A stretch of 64,000 nucleotides of DNA from a virus. The stretch is from the IMG/VR virus record IMGVR_UViG_3300022833_000005, positions 1 through 64,000 of that record; one strand, 5' to 3'. The notes beneath the pieces are model-generated. The model had not been told where the DNA came from and ran no database searches. It saw nothing but the letters and a program-made list of their open reading frames with translations. The translations under genes were made by a program, and so were the position numbers. Positions 1 to 7,674 of this stretch are shown here, piece by piece. Position 1 is the first letter of the stretch; each line of letters opens with the position of its first letter.

Positions 1-1
1 T

Positions 2-364
2 TTATCTTGATATTTCTATTATACTTTCAGGGTATTCTTTACAAGCATTCAAATATTTCTCTACAAATGGAACAAAATGTTCATACATTCCCCACCCGTT
101 AGAGCTATTGAATTTCTCAAAATGTTCAGGTCTAGCTTTTAAATCAGCTAATCCTATTTCAAGTAGTTCAATAATATCACTTGCTTTCTCCTTGGCTATT
201 TCTTCAGGTCTCCATAATGCTTTATAAATACCTGCTTCTGCTGCCATACTACCTAAATTATGGGTAATGTTAGCATCATAAACTTCTTCATCATCTCTAA
301 TGTGAGTTTTACCTTCATCATAACTAATCCATCTTGGTCTTGTTAAATATACATCTAAACTCAT
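2..364 (-). CDS. Conserved phage hypothetical protein
   Basis: 120 aa ORF, start overlaps upstream stop; MSLDVYL...NITHNL...LWRPEE...NGWG pattern recalled from phage proteins. Confidence 0.75.
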   Translation of the reverse strand: MSLDVYLTRPRWISYDEGKTHIRDDEEVYDANITHNLGSMAAEAGIYKALWRPEEIAKEKASDIIELLEIGLADLKARPEHFEKFNSSNGWGMYEHFVPFVEKYLNACKEYPESIIEISR

Positions 365-1014
365 ATCTCTAAAATGTTTCCGTTACTACTTAATCTACCA
401 AACTTACCATCAGTTACTACAGAACCATTACTAAAAATAGTATCTTGTCTTGATAACTTTACAGTACCAGCATTGATTATATCATCATTATTATGAATAT
501 GTCCAAAGCATACCAGTTTTAAGTTAGGTAGGTTTAGTACTCTTTTCTTTAAAGCATTACATCCACAAAATTCTAATTCATGGTTTCTACTATAAGATAA
601 ATCCAAGATTCCTTTTGGTGGACCGTGCACCACTACAATATCAGTATCATCAGGGATAGTTTGCCACACTTTATCTAATTTAAATCTTTGTTTCATAAAA
701 GACCAATTGCCAAAAGAAGGTGTATGAGGACTTCCCCATATTTTCAATCCATTTATCTCCACACTTTCATTCTCTAAGTATATAATATTATATGCCTCAA
801 AGTCATCTTTAGTTACTAATTTAGACTCAATACTTGAATCATGATTACCAGCTACAAATATCTTATGCTCAATAGGTAGTGTTTTAAACCAATGTATGAA
901 GTCTCTTACTTCAGGTTCATTAGTATAAGGAGCTCTAGGGTTAGAACAGTCACCACTAAAGATGACCATATCTATTCCTTCAGGTATTTCTAATAATTTG
1001 TGATATGTGTGAGT
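361..1014 (-). CDS. Calcineurin-like metallophosphoesterase, main body (N-terminal DxH motif interrupted)
   Basis: Motifs SGD, AGNHD, VHGPP, FGHIH; the frame begins ...THTYH and lacks the Asp of DxH, which lies in other frames (1014-1082 and 1790-1825). Confidence 0.85.
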   Translation of the reverse strand, partial: THTYHKLLEIPEGIDMVIFSGDCSNPRAPYTNEPEVRDFIHWFKTLPIEHKIFVAGNHDSSIESKLVTKDDFEAYNIIYLENESVEINGLKIWGSPHTPSFGNWSFMKQRFKLDKVWQTIPDDTDIVVVHGPPKGILDLSYSRNHELEFCGCNALKKRVLNLPNLKLVCFGHIHNNDDIINAGTVKLSRQDTIFSNGSVVTDGKFGRLSSNGNILEI

Positions 1015-1082
1015 TACGTATCCGAGAAATGCCAAACACGAAGCTTAGCTTTTCCCGGAGTAGTTGTTTTTATATTTTTCAT
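1014..1082 (-). CDS. Second, insert-borne N-terminus of the metallophosphoesterase (MKNIKTTTPGKAKLRVWHFSDT*)
   Basis: ATG at 1082; ends TGG CAT TTC TCG GAT ACG TAA, and the last A of TAA begins ACT CAC ACA TAT CAC of the main frame. Confidence 0.65.
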   Translation of the reverse strand: MKNIKTTTPGKAKLRVWHFSDT

Positions 1083-1770
1083 ATTCTTTTACTATTTGTT
1101 TATTAAATGACTCTGTATATCCTGGATAGTTTGTCTTAGGCATGTATTTATAGTTTTTGAACTCTTTTTTAAAGTTATTTTCTATATCATACGCTTCTCT
1201 TCCTGGTATTTTTATATTGTTAATAATTTTATATTTATAATTAAATTTATGTAATTGACTAAATCTTCTACTTATTTCAAACTTTGTTAACCCTACTTTA
1301 AAAAAAGACTCATTATCATTATAAATATTTATTAAATAAAAATTAACGACACTATTTAAATATAGATTAAATACTCTGTCCTTGCTAAATCCACATTTTT
1401 TTGATTTTGAAATATTTGATTTATTTATATCAATACAGGTTATTTTAGAAACATCATGACCTTGAAGAAGGTCATACAATACAGCATGATATGTAAACCC
1501 TTTGTGTTTTATTATAGATTTACCCTTTATTCCGCCATACTTTATAAGAGTATATTTTTCTTTTAAATTATTTAATTTAATTTGCATATATTCTACTTTA
1601 TTTACAGCAGACTCTATTCCAATTTTAAAATTTAATGCTCTATATATATTATTTTTACTATGTAAAATATTATTTTCATCATAAAAATATAATATAGAAT
1701 AATTATTAATAAAATTTACAACTCTATATTTAGGATGTTTTTTATAAAACTCTATAATTTTTTCATTCAT
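1045..1770 (-). CDS. Putative free-standing homing endonuclease, GIY-YIG superfamily (T5orf172/MUG113-like C-terminal domain)
   Basis: FYLI...FFKVGLT...RRF...E...GYTESF pattern; very AT-rich and Lys-rich; sits inside a conserved gene. Confidence 0.7.
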   Translation of the reverse strand: MNEKIIEFYKKHPKYRVVNFINNYSILYFYDENNILHSKNNIYRALNFKIGIESAVNKVEYMQIKLNNLKEKYTLIKYGGIKGKSIIKHKGFTYHAVLYDLLQGHDVSKITCIDINKSNISKSKKCGFSKDRVFNLYLNSVVNFYLINIYNDNESFFKVGLTKFEISRRFSQLHKFNYKYKIINNIKIPGREAYDIENNFKKEFKNYKYMPKTNYPGYTESFNKQIVKEYEKYKNNYSGKS

Positions 1771-1774
1771 AGGT

Positions 1775-1782
1775 CAAATATA
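1775..1782 (-). promoter_or_regulatory. Bacteroidota-type -7 promoter element (TATATTTG) directly before the endonuclease ATG
   Basis: Matches TAnnTTTG; ends 4 nt before the start codon. Confidence 0.5.
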
Positions 1783-1789
1783 CTAATAT

Positions 1790-1825
1790 TTAATTAATAG
1801 TATCCCCAATGTGCCATATTTTCAT
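1790..1825 (-). pseudogene. Original N-terminal fragment of the metallophosphoesterase (MKIWHIGDT-IN*)
   Basis: ATG AAA ATA TGG CAC ATT GGG GAT ACT, then insertion sequence and TAA. Confidence 0.75.
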
Positions 1826-1923
1826 AAGTTTATTTATTTTATTTTTAATACGTATAAAGCAGATAATTCTTTATATCTGCTCAGAGAGTTTTAATCTCAT
1901 TATGTTACTATGAAAGGTAATTT

Positions 1924-2019
1924 TTATTTGTTATTTTTTACAGAAATAATATACCCTATATAGATTATTCCACCTATTATTAATGCTGATGTTATTATTC
2001 CACCTATTATTATTTTCAT
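1924..2019 (-). CDS. 31-aa hydrophobic membrane peptide
   Basis: MKIIIGGIITSALIIGGIIYIGYIISVKNNK; preceded by the array junction motif. Confidence 0.55.
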   Translation of the reverse strand: MKIIIGGIITSALIIGGIIYIGYIISVKNNK

Positions 2020-2024
2020 AATTT

Positions 2025-2273
2025 CTATTTGTTTAATGTTATTTTCACTTGTAGTTTATTCAATTTATCAAGTATCTTATTAATTTGATATGTTGAAGCA
2101 TTACTATCTTCAACTAAATACTCTATTTCTTCTATTAATTTTTGCATTCTATCTTTATTAATACCTACTAGTGTATATGAATTTAAATCTCCTTCGTGAT
2201 ATCCATCTGTATATCCATCCCTATATCCCTTTTTCTGTTCTTCACTAATTACTTCATTGTTTTTTGTTTTCAT
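2025..2273 (-). CDS. Hypothetical protein (GYxDG repeats, coiled C-terminus)
   Basis: 82 aa ORF bounded by direct repeats. Confidence 0.65.
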   Translation of the reverse strand: MKTKNNEVISEEQKKGYRDGYTDGYHEGDLNSYTLVGINKDRMQKLIEEIEYLVEDSNASTYQINKILDKLNKLQVKITLNK

Positions 2274-2342
2274 AATTTATATTTGTTTAATGTTAATATT
2301 TGTCTTCCTACGTCAGTCATTTGCCAACGCTTTTTTTACTTT

Positions 2343-2468
2343 AGCCAACAATGTATAAAATTTATGTACTATATGCTTTTAAGTATAAAATCAACTAATT
2401 GCATCGTTTTATATGTTACAACGTATAATCTATTATCAGTACACAAACCTTATACAAATACGTTGTAA
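2343..2468. repeat. attC-like imperfect inverted repeat
   Basis: AGCCAAC-AA-TGTATAAAATTTATGTACT ... AGTACACAAACCTTATACA-AATAC-GTTGTAA. Confidence 0.5.
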
Positions 2469-2699
2469 GTTATGGTGTTTTATCTATCCAACCATTACCC
2501 TCACAGCATCTACATAGTCCTCTAAAACTATCAGTATATTTTTCGCCACAACTAACAACACCGTTTAAAGAAGATTGCTTGTCCGCGTATTCTTGCATAA
2601 TTCTGCCCTCTACTTCATATTTAAACTTTTTGCTAATTCCATTCTTTTTTGCCTGTAAAAACTTTCTGCTTCTTTACTCATTTTTTTTATTTTAATTAA

Positions 2700-2837
2700 T
2701 TATACTGAAAACATTAATTTTTTAATATTTTCTATTATAATTTCATTCCCACTTAGGCACTCTGATAAAATTTCATTCGGAGTTCTATTTGTTAAAGTTG
2801 CGTAAGTTTCGACTGCTAATTTCATTGTAGTTTTCAT
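2700..2837 (-). CDS. 45-aa hypothetical protein (MKTTMKLAVETYATL...)
   Basis: Translated by hand; start lies in the junction motif. Confidence 0.55.
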   Translation of the reverse strand: MKTTMKLAVETYATLTNRTPNEILSECLSGNEIIIENIKKLMFSV

Positions 2838-2842
2838 AATTT

Positions 2843-3127
2843 CTATTTTCTTTTAGGTGGTGTTGTAGTGTTATCTACATTAGGTTGTTGTACGCCTATA
2901 TTAATTGTTTGTTTTAAATCCTTCTTTTTAGGTTTAATTAATCTTAATCTTTTAGGGTATGCTGTAACTATATACTTCCCACTCATTACACATCTCAATT
3001 CTATCAAGAATATGAAACCATCAAAGATTATATCTGTAACGACTACCCCCACTTTATTATAATTTATAGGCTCTATGTAGTTAAACCTTTTTCCAATCCT
3101 AATCTTAAAATTTGTTATTTTATTCAT
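2843..3127 (-). CDS. Hypothetical protein
   Basis: 94 aa ORF; start and stop both lie within junction motifs. Confidence 0.6.
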   Translation of the reverse strand: MNKITNFKIRIGKRFNYIEPINYNKVGVVVTDIIFDGFIFLIELRCVMSGKYIVTAYPKRLRLIKPKKKDLKQTINIGVQQPNVDNTTTPPKRK

Positions 3128-3148
3128 AATTTCTATTTGTTTATACTA

Positions 3149-3358
3149 TTAAATAAATGGCACACCATTATCCAAATTTTCATTTAGTTCGTCTATCCAT
3201 TTTTGTATTTGCTTTTGATTTTCAGCAGGTCTGCCAAATTTCAAATCTTTCAAGCAATCTACCAAATGGTAGCGTACAGGCATTTTTAATGGTAATCCTA
3301 TACTTGCAGACCTTTCTTTGTCTGTCATTGGTTTTGTTAAAATTTTTATATCTTTCAT
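3149..3358 (-). CDS. Hypothetical protein
   Basis: 69 aa ORF; start lies in the junction motif. Confidence 0.6.
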   Translation of the reverse strand: MKDIKILTKPMTDKERSASIGLPLKMPVRYHLVDCLKDLKFGRPAENQKQIQKWIDELNENLDNGVPFI

Positions 3359-3413
3359 AATTTCTATTTGTTTAATTTAATATATATATTACAAATTATG
3401 CTGTTTATGTAAA

Positions 3414-3530
3414 TTATATGTCACTTATCTCTTCTTCTTCTTCGTTAAATTCTGCATGTTCTTTACATTCAGAACAAATATCTGAACCATACCAACTATC
3501 TGCACCGCAGCAATCTGAAATTCCATTCAT
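3414..3530 (-). CDS. 38-aa small Zn-finger-like protein (SDCCGA...ICSECKEH)
   Basis: Translated by hand; CC and CxxC motifs, acidic tail, start in the junction motif. Confidence 0.7.
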   Translation of the reverse strand: MNGISDCCGADSWYGSDICSECKEHAEFNEEEEEISDI

Positions 3531-3544
3531 AATTTCTATTATAT

Positions 3545-3742
3545 TTATAAATTTTTTAACTCTGTTATAACTTTTTTAAAATAAGGAATTTCAATTTCTG
3601 CGTTTAATTCGTAACCTTTTTCAGCTGTAATAATTAATTCTTTTACACATATTAAAGCGCATTTTTTAGCAGCATTTACTCCAATTTCTGATCCTCTGTA
3701 AAATTTTTCTATTAATTCCCTTGCTTTTTCTTTTGGTTTCAT
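3545..3742 (-). CDS. Hypothetical phage protein (MxPKEKAxEL...AKxCALIxV type)
   Basis: 65 aa ORF, start overlaps upstream stop. Confidence 0.7.
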   Translation of the reverse strand: MKPKEKARELIEKFYRGSEIGVNAAKKCALICVKELIITAEKGYELNAEIEIPYFKKVITELKNL

Positions 3743-3975
3743 ACCTCTTCTATTTTATTAATCACATCATCTTTTATAGATGAAAGTTGTGTAAACGATA
3801 ACTCTTCAAATATATCTTGTGAATCACACATTACATATTCTATATTAAACTCTGATGGTGCTCCTGGATAACCTGAACCATCACCATGATAAGATTCTTC
3901 AGCTTCAGCTTCTATATATTCTCCTCCTACAACTAATATAAGAGTGTTCCATTTTATTTCAATTTCTTGTGTCAT
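3739..3975 (-). CDS. Acidic hypothetical protein
   Basis: 78 aa ORF overlapping both neighbours. Confidence 0.65.
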   Translation of the reverse strand: MTQEIEIKWNTLILVVGGEYIEAEAEESYHGDGSGYPGAPSEFNIEYVMCDSQDIFEELSFTQLSSIKDDVINKIEEV

Positions 3976-4357
3976 GTTTGTTTAAAGATATAATTACGTT
4001 ATTCCACTTACCACCTTTCATACTAGTATTAACAAGAAAATCAATTCTATGTTTAAACCTTCTGTTCATTCTGTCATATACAGTCCAGATACCATTCATT
4101 TCACCTGCATTCTCAACACAAACTTTAGCACCAAATATAAATCCTAAAGGTTCTAAGTCTCTTGACACTGCTATCCATCTATGTCCAGCAGGATTATCTT
4201 TATTGATTCTCTTGTTTGATGCTGTTATAAATGGTGTACTGTCTGTTTGAGCAGGAACTGCGTGATAGATTGTTGCTACCACGTTACATTCTTCACTATC
4301 CTCACAAGAAACTGGAAGTAAGGATAATAAAGAATACATTATTATGTTTAGATTCAT
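3959..4357 (-). CDS. 3D-domain (MltA/3D-like) putative lipoprotein
   Basis: ATIYH...QTD...ITAS...IAVSRDL...YDRM...RIDFL; hydrophobic N-terminus ending VSC. Confidence 0.8.
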   Translation of the reverse strand: MNLNIIMYSLLSLLPVSCEDSEECNVVATIYHAVPAQTDSTPFITASNKRINKDNPAGHRWIAVSRDLEPLGFIFGAKVCVENAGEMNGIWTVYDRMNRRFKHRIDFLVNTSMKGGKWNNVIISLNKHDTRN

Positions 4358-4746
4358 ATCTCAGGGATGTTTGTAGTGTAGAACTTTTCTTCTACTAATT
4401 TAGAATTTGTCATCAAGTTGATCTCTTTCTTAACTTGAGCTCTTGTATCATTAACTTTATAAACTCTTCGGGCTAATTGAATAAACTCATCTTTAAATAA
4501 GTATTCATCTTCTAACACTCTAAGTTTATCCTCTATCTCCCACAATTCTGTATTGATTCGTAAGAGTTTAGCATGATGATGAGAACCATTATCATATTCA
4601 TCTACTATATCTACTACAATAGGAACTAACATTTCCCATTCTTTAGCAACATTTGCTAATGCAATTGGATTAGTAATCTTTTCTTTCTTAATTTGAAGAA
4701 TTGTGAACTTGTCTACAATCTCTCCATTAGATACTTCTAGTTTCAT
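4354..4746 (-). CDS. DUF6165-like protein
   Basis: EVSNGEIVDKFTILQIK...LWEIED...FIQLARRVYKVNDTR...LVEEK. Confidence 0.7.
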   Translation of the reverse strand: MKLEVSNGEIVDKFTILQIKKEKITNPIALANVAKEWEMLVPIVVDIVDEYDNGSHHHAKLLRINTELWEIEDKLRVLEDEYLFKDEFIQLARRVYKVNDTRAQVKKEINLMTNSKLVEEKFYTTNIPEI

Positions 4747-4749
4747 AAT

Positions 4750-4956
4750 CTATTCTTGATTAGTTGGATAAAATATTTTTTGTTCTTCTGGAGTCATACC
4801 TGTTATTAGAAACTCTCTCTCTATAATAGATAAGTGAGGCATTACATTTTGTATTAGTTTCTTTTGAATACTCCATTGAAACATCTGTGCTGCAGTAACA
4901 GGTAATTCCATTTTATTATGTTTACCTGTTATTATACTTTGTCTAGTAATTATCAT
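4750..4956 (-). CDS. Conserved phage hypothetical protein
   Basis: LIQNVMPHLS...EREFLITGMTPEE pattern. Confidence 0.7.
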   Translation of the reverse strand: MIITRQSIITGKHNKMELPVTAAQMFQWSIQKKLIQNVMPHLSIIEREFLITGMTPEEQKIFYPTNQE

Positions 4957-5231
4957 GTGCTTAGTTTTATATTTAGTTTATCTTGTTGTAATAAAATATG
5001 TCTATACTTAACATCAATTTCTTTTTGATGCATTTCAACTTTATCTCTTTGTATCTGTTGATGATGTATCATTAAAACACCTTCTTTAGATGCTTTAATT
5101 GTTGTCAAAGCTAATCTATTTATTGTAGATGCTTTAACTATTGATATTTTATCATCTTTAACTAGTTTAATAAGTTCAGTTAAATCTTCAGCTAATACAT
5201 TATTTATCTCCATGTTCTTTTGTACGTCCAT
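4953..5231 (-). CDS. Hypothetical helical protein
   Basis: 92 aa ORF overlapping both neighbours. Confidence 0.6.
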   Translation of the reverse strand: MDVQKNMEINNVLAEDLTELIKLVKDDKISIVKASTINRLALTTIKASKEGVLMIHHQQIQRDKVEMHQKEIDVKYRHILLQQDKLNIKLST

Positions 5232-5700
5232 CTTTTATCTTTTTTAGTTCTCTGTATAATATCATTTGTTGTCTTTTACTTGCTTCTAAATGTTCATTTA
5301 AATATATTAAAGGCATATTAAGCAATTGCCCTATATAACATCTGTGTAAACTATCTCTATTTTTTCTATATGATTTATCATTATGTATTTTATTTATTTC
5401 AGGATTTAATTTTTTCCATCTTTTAACAAAAAATACATTACTTTTCCTTACACAATTATTACATTTATGAATTCTTTTTTTATTTAAATCTATTTTATTA
5501 GTAGATTTTTTATTACATATAGGACAAATTGTATATCCAAAATATTTTATTAATAATAAATGAGAACTAATATCTATTCTTTTTCCTTTAAGTGTTGTTT
5601 GTCTACAAGTCAACAATTTATTTAATTTATTATTAATAACAACACCATCTTCTCTAATAGAATACCGCTTATTAGTATCTTTAATAAATAGCTGTTTCAC
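5200..5700 (-). CDS. Basic protein with NUMOD4-like start and Zn finger (possibly homing-endonuclease derived)
   Basis: GTG start; RYSIREDGVV; CPIC...CNNC. Confidence 0.55.
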   Translation of the reverse strand: MKQLFIKDTNKRYSIREDGVVINNKLNKLLTCRQTTLKGKRIDISSHLLLIKYFGYTICPICNKKSTNKIDLNKKRIHKCNNCVRKSNVFFVKRWKKLNPEINKIHNDKSYRKNRDSLHRCYIGQLLNMPLIYLNEHLEASKRQQMILYRELKKIKDGRTKEHGDK

Positions 5701-5704
5701 AATT

Positions 5705-6247
5705 CTATTTGATTCGTGTTGCTGCTATATAGTTTATCCTTGATTCTCTTTCTTTCCCTTCTCTATCTGTTATGTTAATTGAACTAGGTTCAGGAAGATT
5801 ACCATTGTAAAAACCATACAAAGTTGTTGATGTAGCTTTATAAGTATGAATTTTCACTACTAATGTATCATTCATCTTAGTTATATCAGTGTTTCCTCTT
5901 ATTACAATGATTCTACCATCATTAATAGATTTAAGTGTTATTCTGTTCGGACTACAACTAGCAAACATTACTAGTATTATAGCAAATTTCAATACGTTCT
6001 TCATATCTTTTAATTTTAATTTGAATTCAGATTCTTCTTTGTGTTGATAATACTGTTGTTCCAGTTCATATTCATACATATCATCCTCCATAGCTTGATA
6101 ATAATCTAATATCTCTTCTTCTGTTGGCAATGGTGAATATGTATTGTCATAGTCATTATATTCATAATGAAGGCTCATAATGCTATTACTAATTCTCTCA
6201 CATGTATAAGGAAATAGTTTAATAAGTAAATTGATAAATGTTTTCAT
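5705..6247 (-). CDS. Hypothetical protein, acidic N-terminal half plus lipoprotein-like C-terminal half
   Basis: Internal MKNVLKFAIILVMFASC signal-like segment. Confidence 0.6.
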   Translation of the reverse strand: MKTFINLLIKLFPYTCERISNSIMSLHYEYNDYDNTYSPLPTEEEILDYYQAMEDDMYEYELEQQYYQHKEESEFKLKLKDMKNVLKFAIILVMFASCSPNRITLKSINDGRIIVIRGNTDITKMNDTLVVKIHTYKATSTTLYGFYNGNLPEPSSINITDREGKERESRINYIAATRIK

Positions 6248-6266
6248 GTTATTAGTAATTTAAAGA

Positions 6267-6593
6267 TTAGTATTCAGTGCATTTTTCAGAGTTACCTGCA
6301 TCCACTATGTTTTTACAATAATAAATATTACCTCCATGTAGTGTAAGTCTATTCTCTTTCAAATAACTAGAATTCTTGTTATTCGTATAAAGATCTGCAA
6401 ACTCATTGTCTCCATAAAACTCATTAGCCCAATCAAACGCTGCAATGGCATTGGTAAAGTTTTCGTATCTTGTATTGTGATACACCTGAGTTATCACTTT
6501 GTAATCAAATCCATCATCAAATGCTTTGATCTTAGCTTCTATGATAGATAAATCATGAAGTGCTTCTCTTTTTAATTCTAATAATTCTTTCAT
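6267..6593 (-). CDS. Hypothetical protein
   Basis: 108 aa ORF. Confidence 0.65.
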   Translation of the reverse strand: MKELLELKREALHDLSIIEAKIKAFDDGFDYKVITQVYHNTRYENFTNAIAAFDWANEFYGDNEFADLYTNNKNSSYLKENRLTLHGGNIYYCKNIVDAGNSEKCTEY

Positions 6594-6695
6594 TTCTTTC
6601 TATATTTATTGATTAGATATAAAATAAAATGTATATCAACTCCATTACCACATGGTTGGTCACGATGAACCTCTGTTGACATACATATTTATCTC

Positions 6696-6842
6696 CTAAT
6701 ATCCTATTTCCTCTAATTCAATTAAATCTGCTTTCACTGTATATGTTCCTTTAGATATAGAACACATGAATGCTATTCCTAATGCAAAAGCTATTTTTCT
6801 AAACCCATAGAATTCTGTTGGTGTAAGTTTAATTTTCTTCAT
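6696..6842 (-). CDS. 48-aa hypothetical protein (MKKIKLTPTEFYGFRKIA...LEEIGY)
   Basis: Translated by hand; A-rich leader. Confidence 0.55.
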   Translation of the reverse strand: MKKIKLTPTEFYGFRKIAFALGIAFMCSISKGTYTVKADLIELEEIGY

Positions 6843-6888
6843 GATATATGTATTTATTAATATTGATTATGTATTTATTACTAAAGAT

Positions 6889-7073
6889 TAGTATGAATTG
6901 AACTTTTAATAAAATACTTAACACCTGATTTGTCAGGTTGTATCTATTTCCCTATATCTCGTTTTAACGGTTATGAGCATACACAACCTTATCTATAGTT
7001 GATTGTGTATTCTAAGTGTCCTCTCGTAGGAGTCCAAGATATAGTTCTGTTAATAAGTTCTCAATTCATACTA
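6889..7073 (-). ncRNA. Candidate multibranch structured RNA
   Basis: Perfect 13-bp closing stem with 4 nested stems, intergenic; strand inferred from neighbouring genes. Confidence 0.4.
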
Positions 7074-7166
7074 TCTAAATAAGTTCAACACATGTTTATA
7101 GAGGAGTTGAAAACTATATAAACCTCTTAATGATTAATACTAACTCAAGGCGATTATCCTCTCTTG

Positions 7167-7325
7167 TTAGTGTAATACTTTCAGACATGTTATTTTAATA
7201 TTTCTACTTTTACTATGTCTTTTGTAAAAGCGTTGAATCCCTCCAATACGAGATTCAGTTTGTGCCCAATATGGTCCATCAATTTGATCTATTCTAATAA
7301 GGTATTTCTTTTTATGAAAGTACAT
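7167..7325 (-). CDS. 52-aa basic hypothetical protein (MYFHKKKYLIRIDQ...)
   Basis: Translated by hand; TAACTTTG promoter-like element about 85 nt upstream. Confidence 0.35.
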   Translation of the reverse strand: MYFHKKKYLIRIDQIDGPYWAQTESRIGGIQRFYKRHSKSRNIKITCLKVLH

Positions 7326-7645
7326 GATATTATGTTTTAGTTATATGTCTTATTAATGTAATTCTTAAACTCCCCATATATCTCCAAAGATAATAATACA
7401 CGTATGCACAAAGTTAAAGAATATGGGAGAGAGAAATAGTTATTGCTATATATATTTATTAAAGAAGAGCAATTCTTCCTATAGTTATAAGAAGGTGAAA
7501 CACCCTTTAGTGGAATACTTCCATCTTATAACACACACTGTTCTTACAAAAAAACAACTGTTCTCCTTACTATATACACCTGCAAAAGGTTATAAGCACA
7601 GCGTTTATAAGCCCAACCCTATTTTATCAATCCCACCCTATATAT

Positions 7646-7667
7646 AAAAGGGGAGTGTTAACTCCCC
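7646..7667 (-). terminator. Intrinsic terminator after 7675..8064
   Basis: GGGGAGT-4nt-ACTCCCC stem followed by TTTT on the minus strand. Confidence 0.7.
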
Positions 7668-7674
7668 AATCATA

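Larger units (their letters stand above)
1012..1798 (-). mobile_element. 787-bp endonuclease-containing insertion inside the metallophosphoesterase gene
   Basis: Removing it restores MKIWHIGDT-HTYH in frame; ACT present at both junctions. Confidence 0.7.
2015..3540 (-). repeat. Dispersed direct repeat (T)AAACAAATAGAAATTATGAA at gene junctions, 6 copies
   Basis: Plus-strand TTCATAATTT(C/A)TATT at about 2015, 2269, 2833, 3123, 3354 and 3526. Confidence 0.8.

Noticed and set aside
1015-1035. TTG start (MAFLGYV) given by the ORF track for the phosphoesterase
   Set aside because: It would omit the catalytic Asp of DxH; the homologous N-terminus lies in other frames
1012-1798. Group I intron explaining the phosphoesterase interruption
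   Set aside because: Only about 30 nt lie outside the endonuclease ORF on each side, no recognisable core, and I found no U|...G| junction pair that restores the DxH frame
2015-3540. CRISPR array
   Set aside because: Spacing is irregular (170-560 nt), the intervals are genes, and no cas genes are present
7423-7647. Plus-strand 74-aa ORF in the intergenic region
   Set aside because: Opposite to the local gene direction, no recognisable features, in probable regulatory DNA
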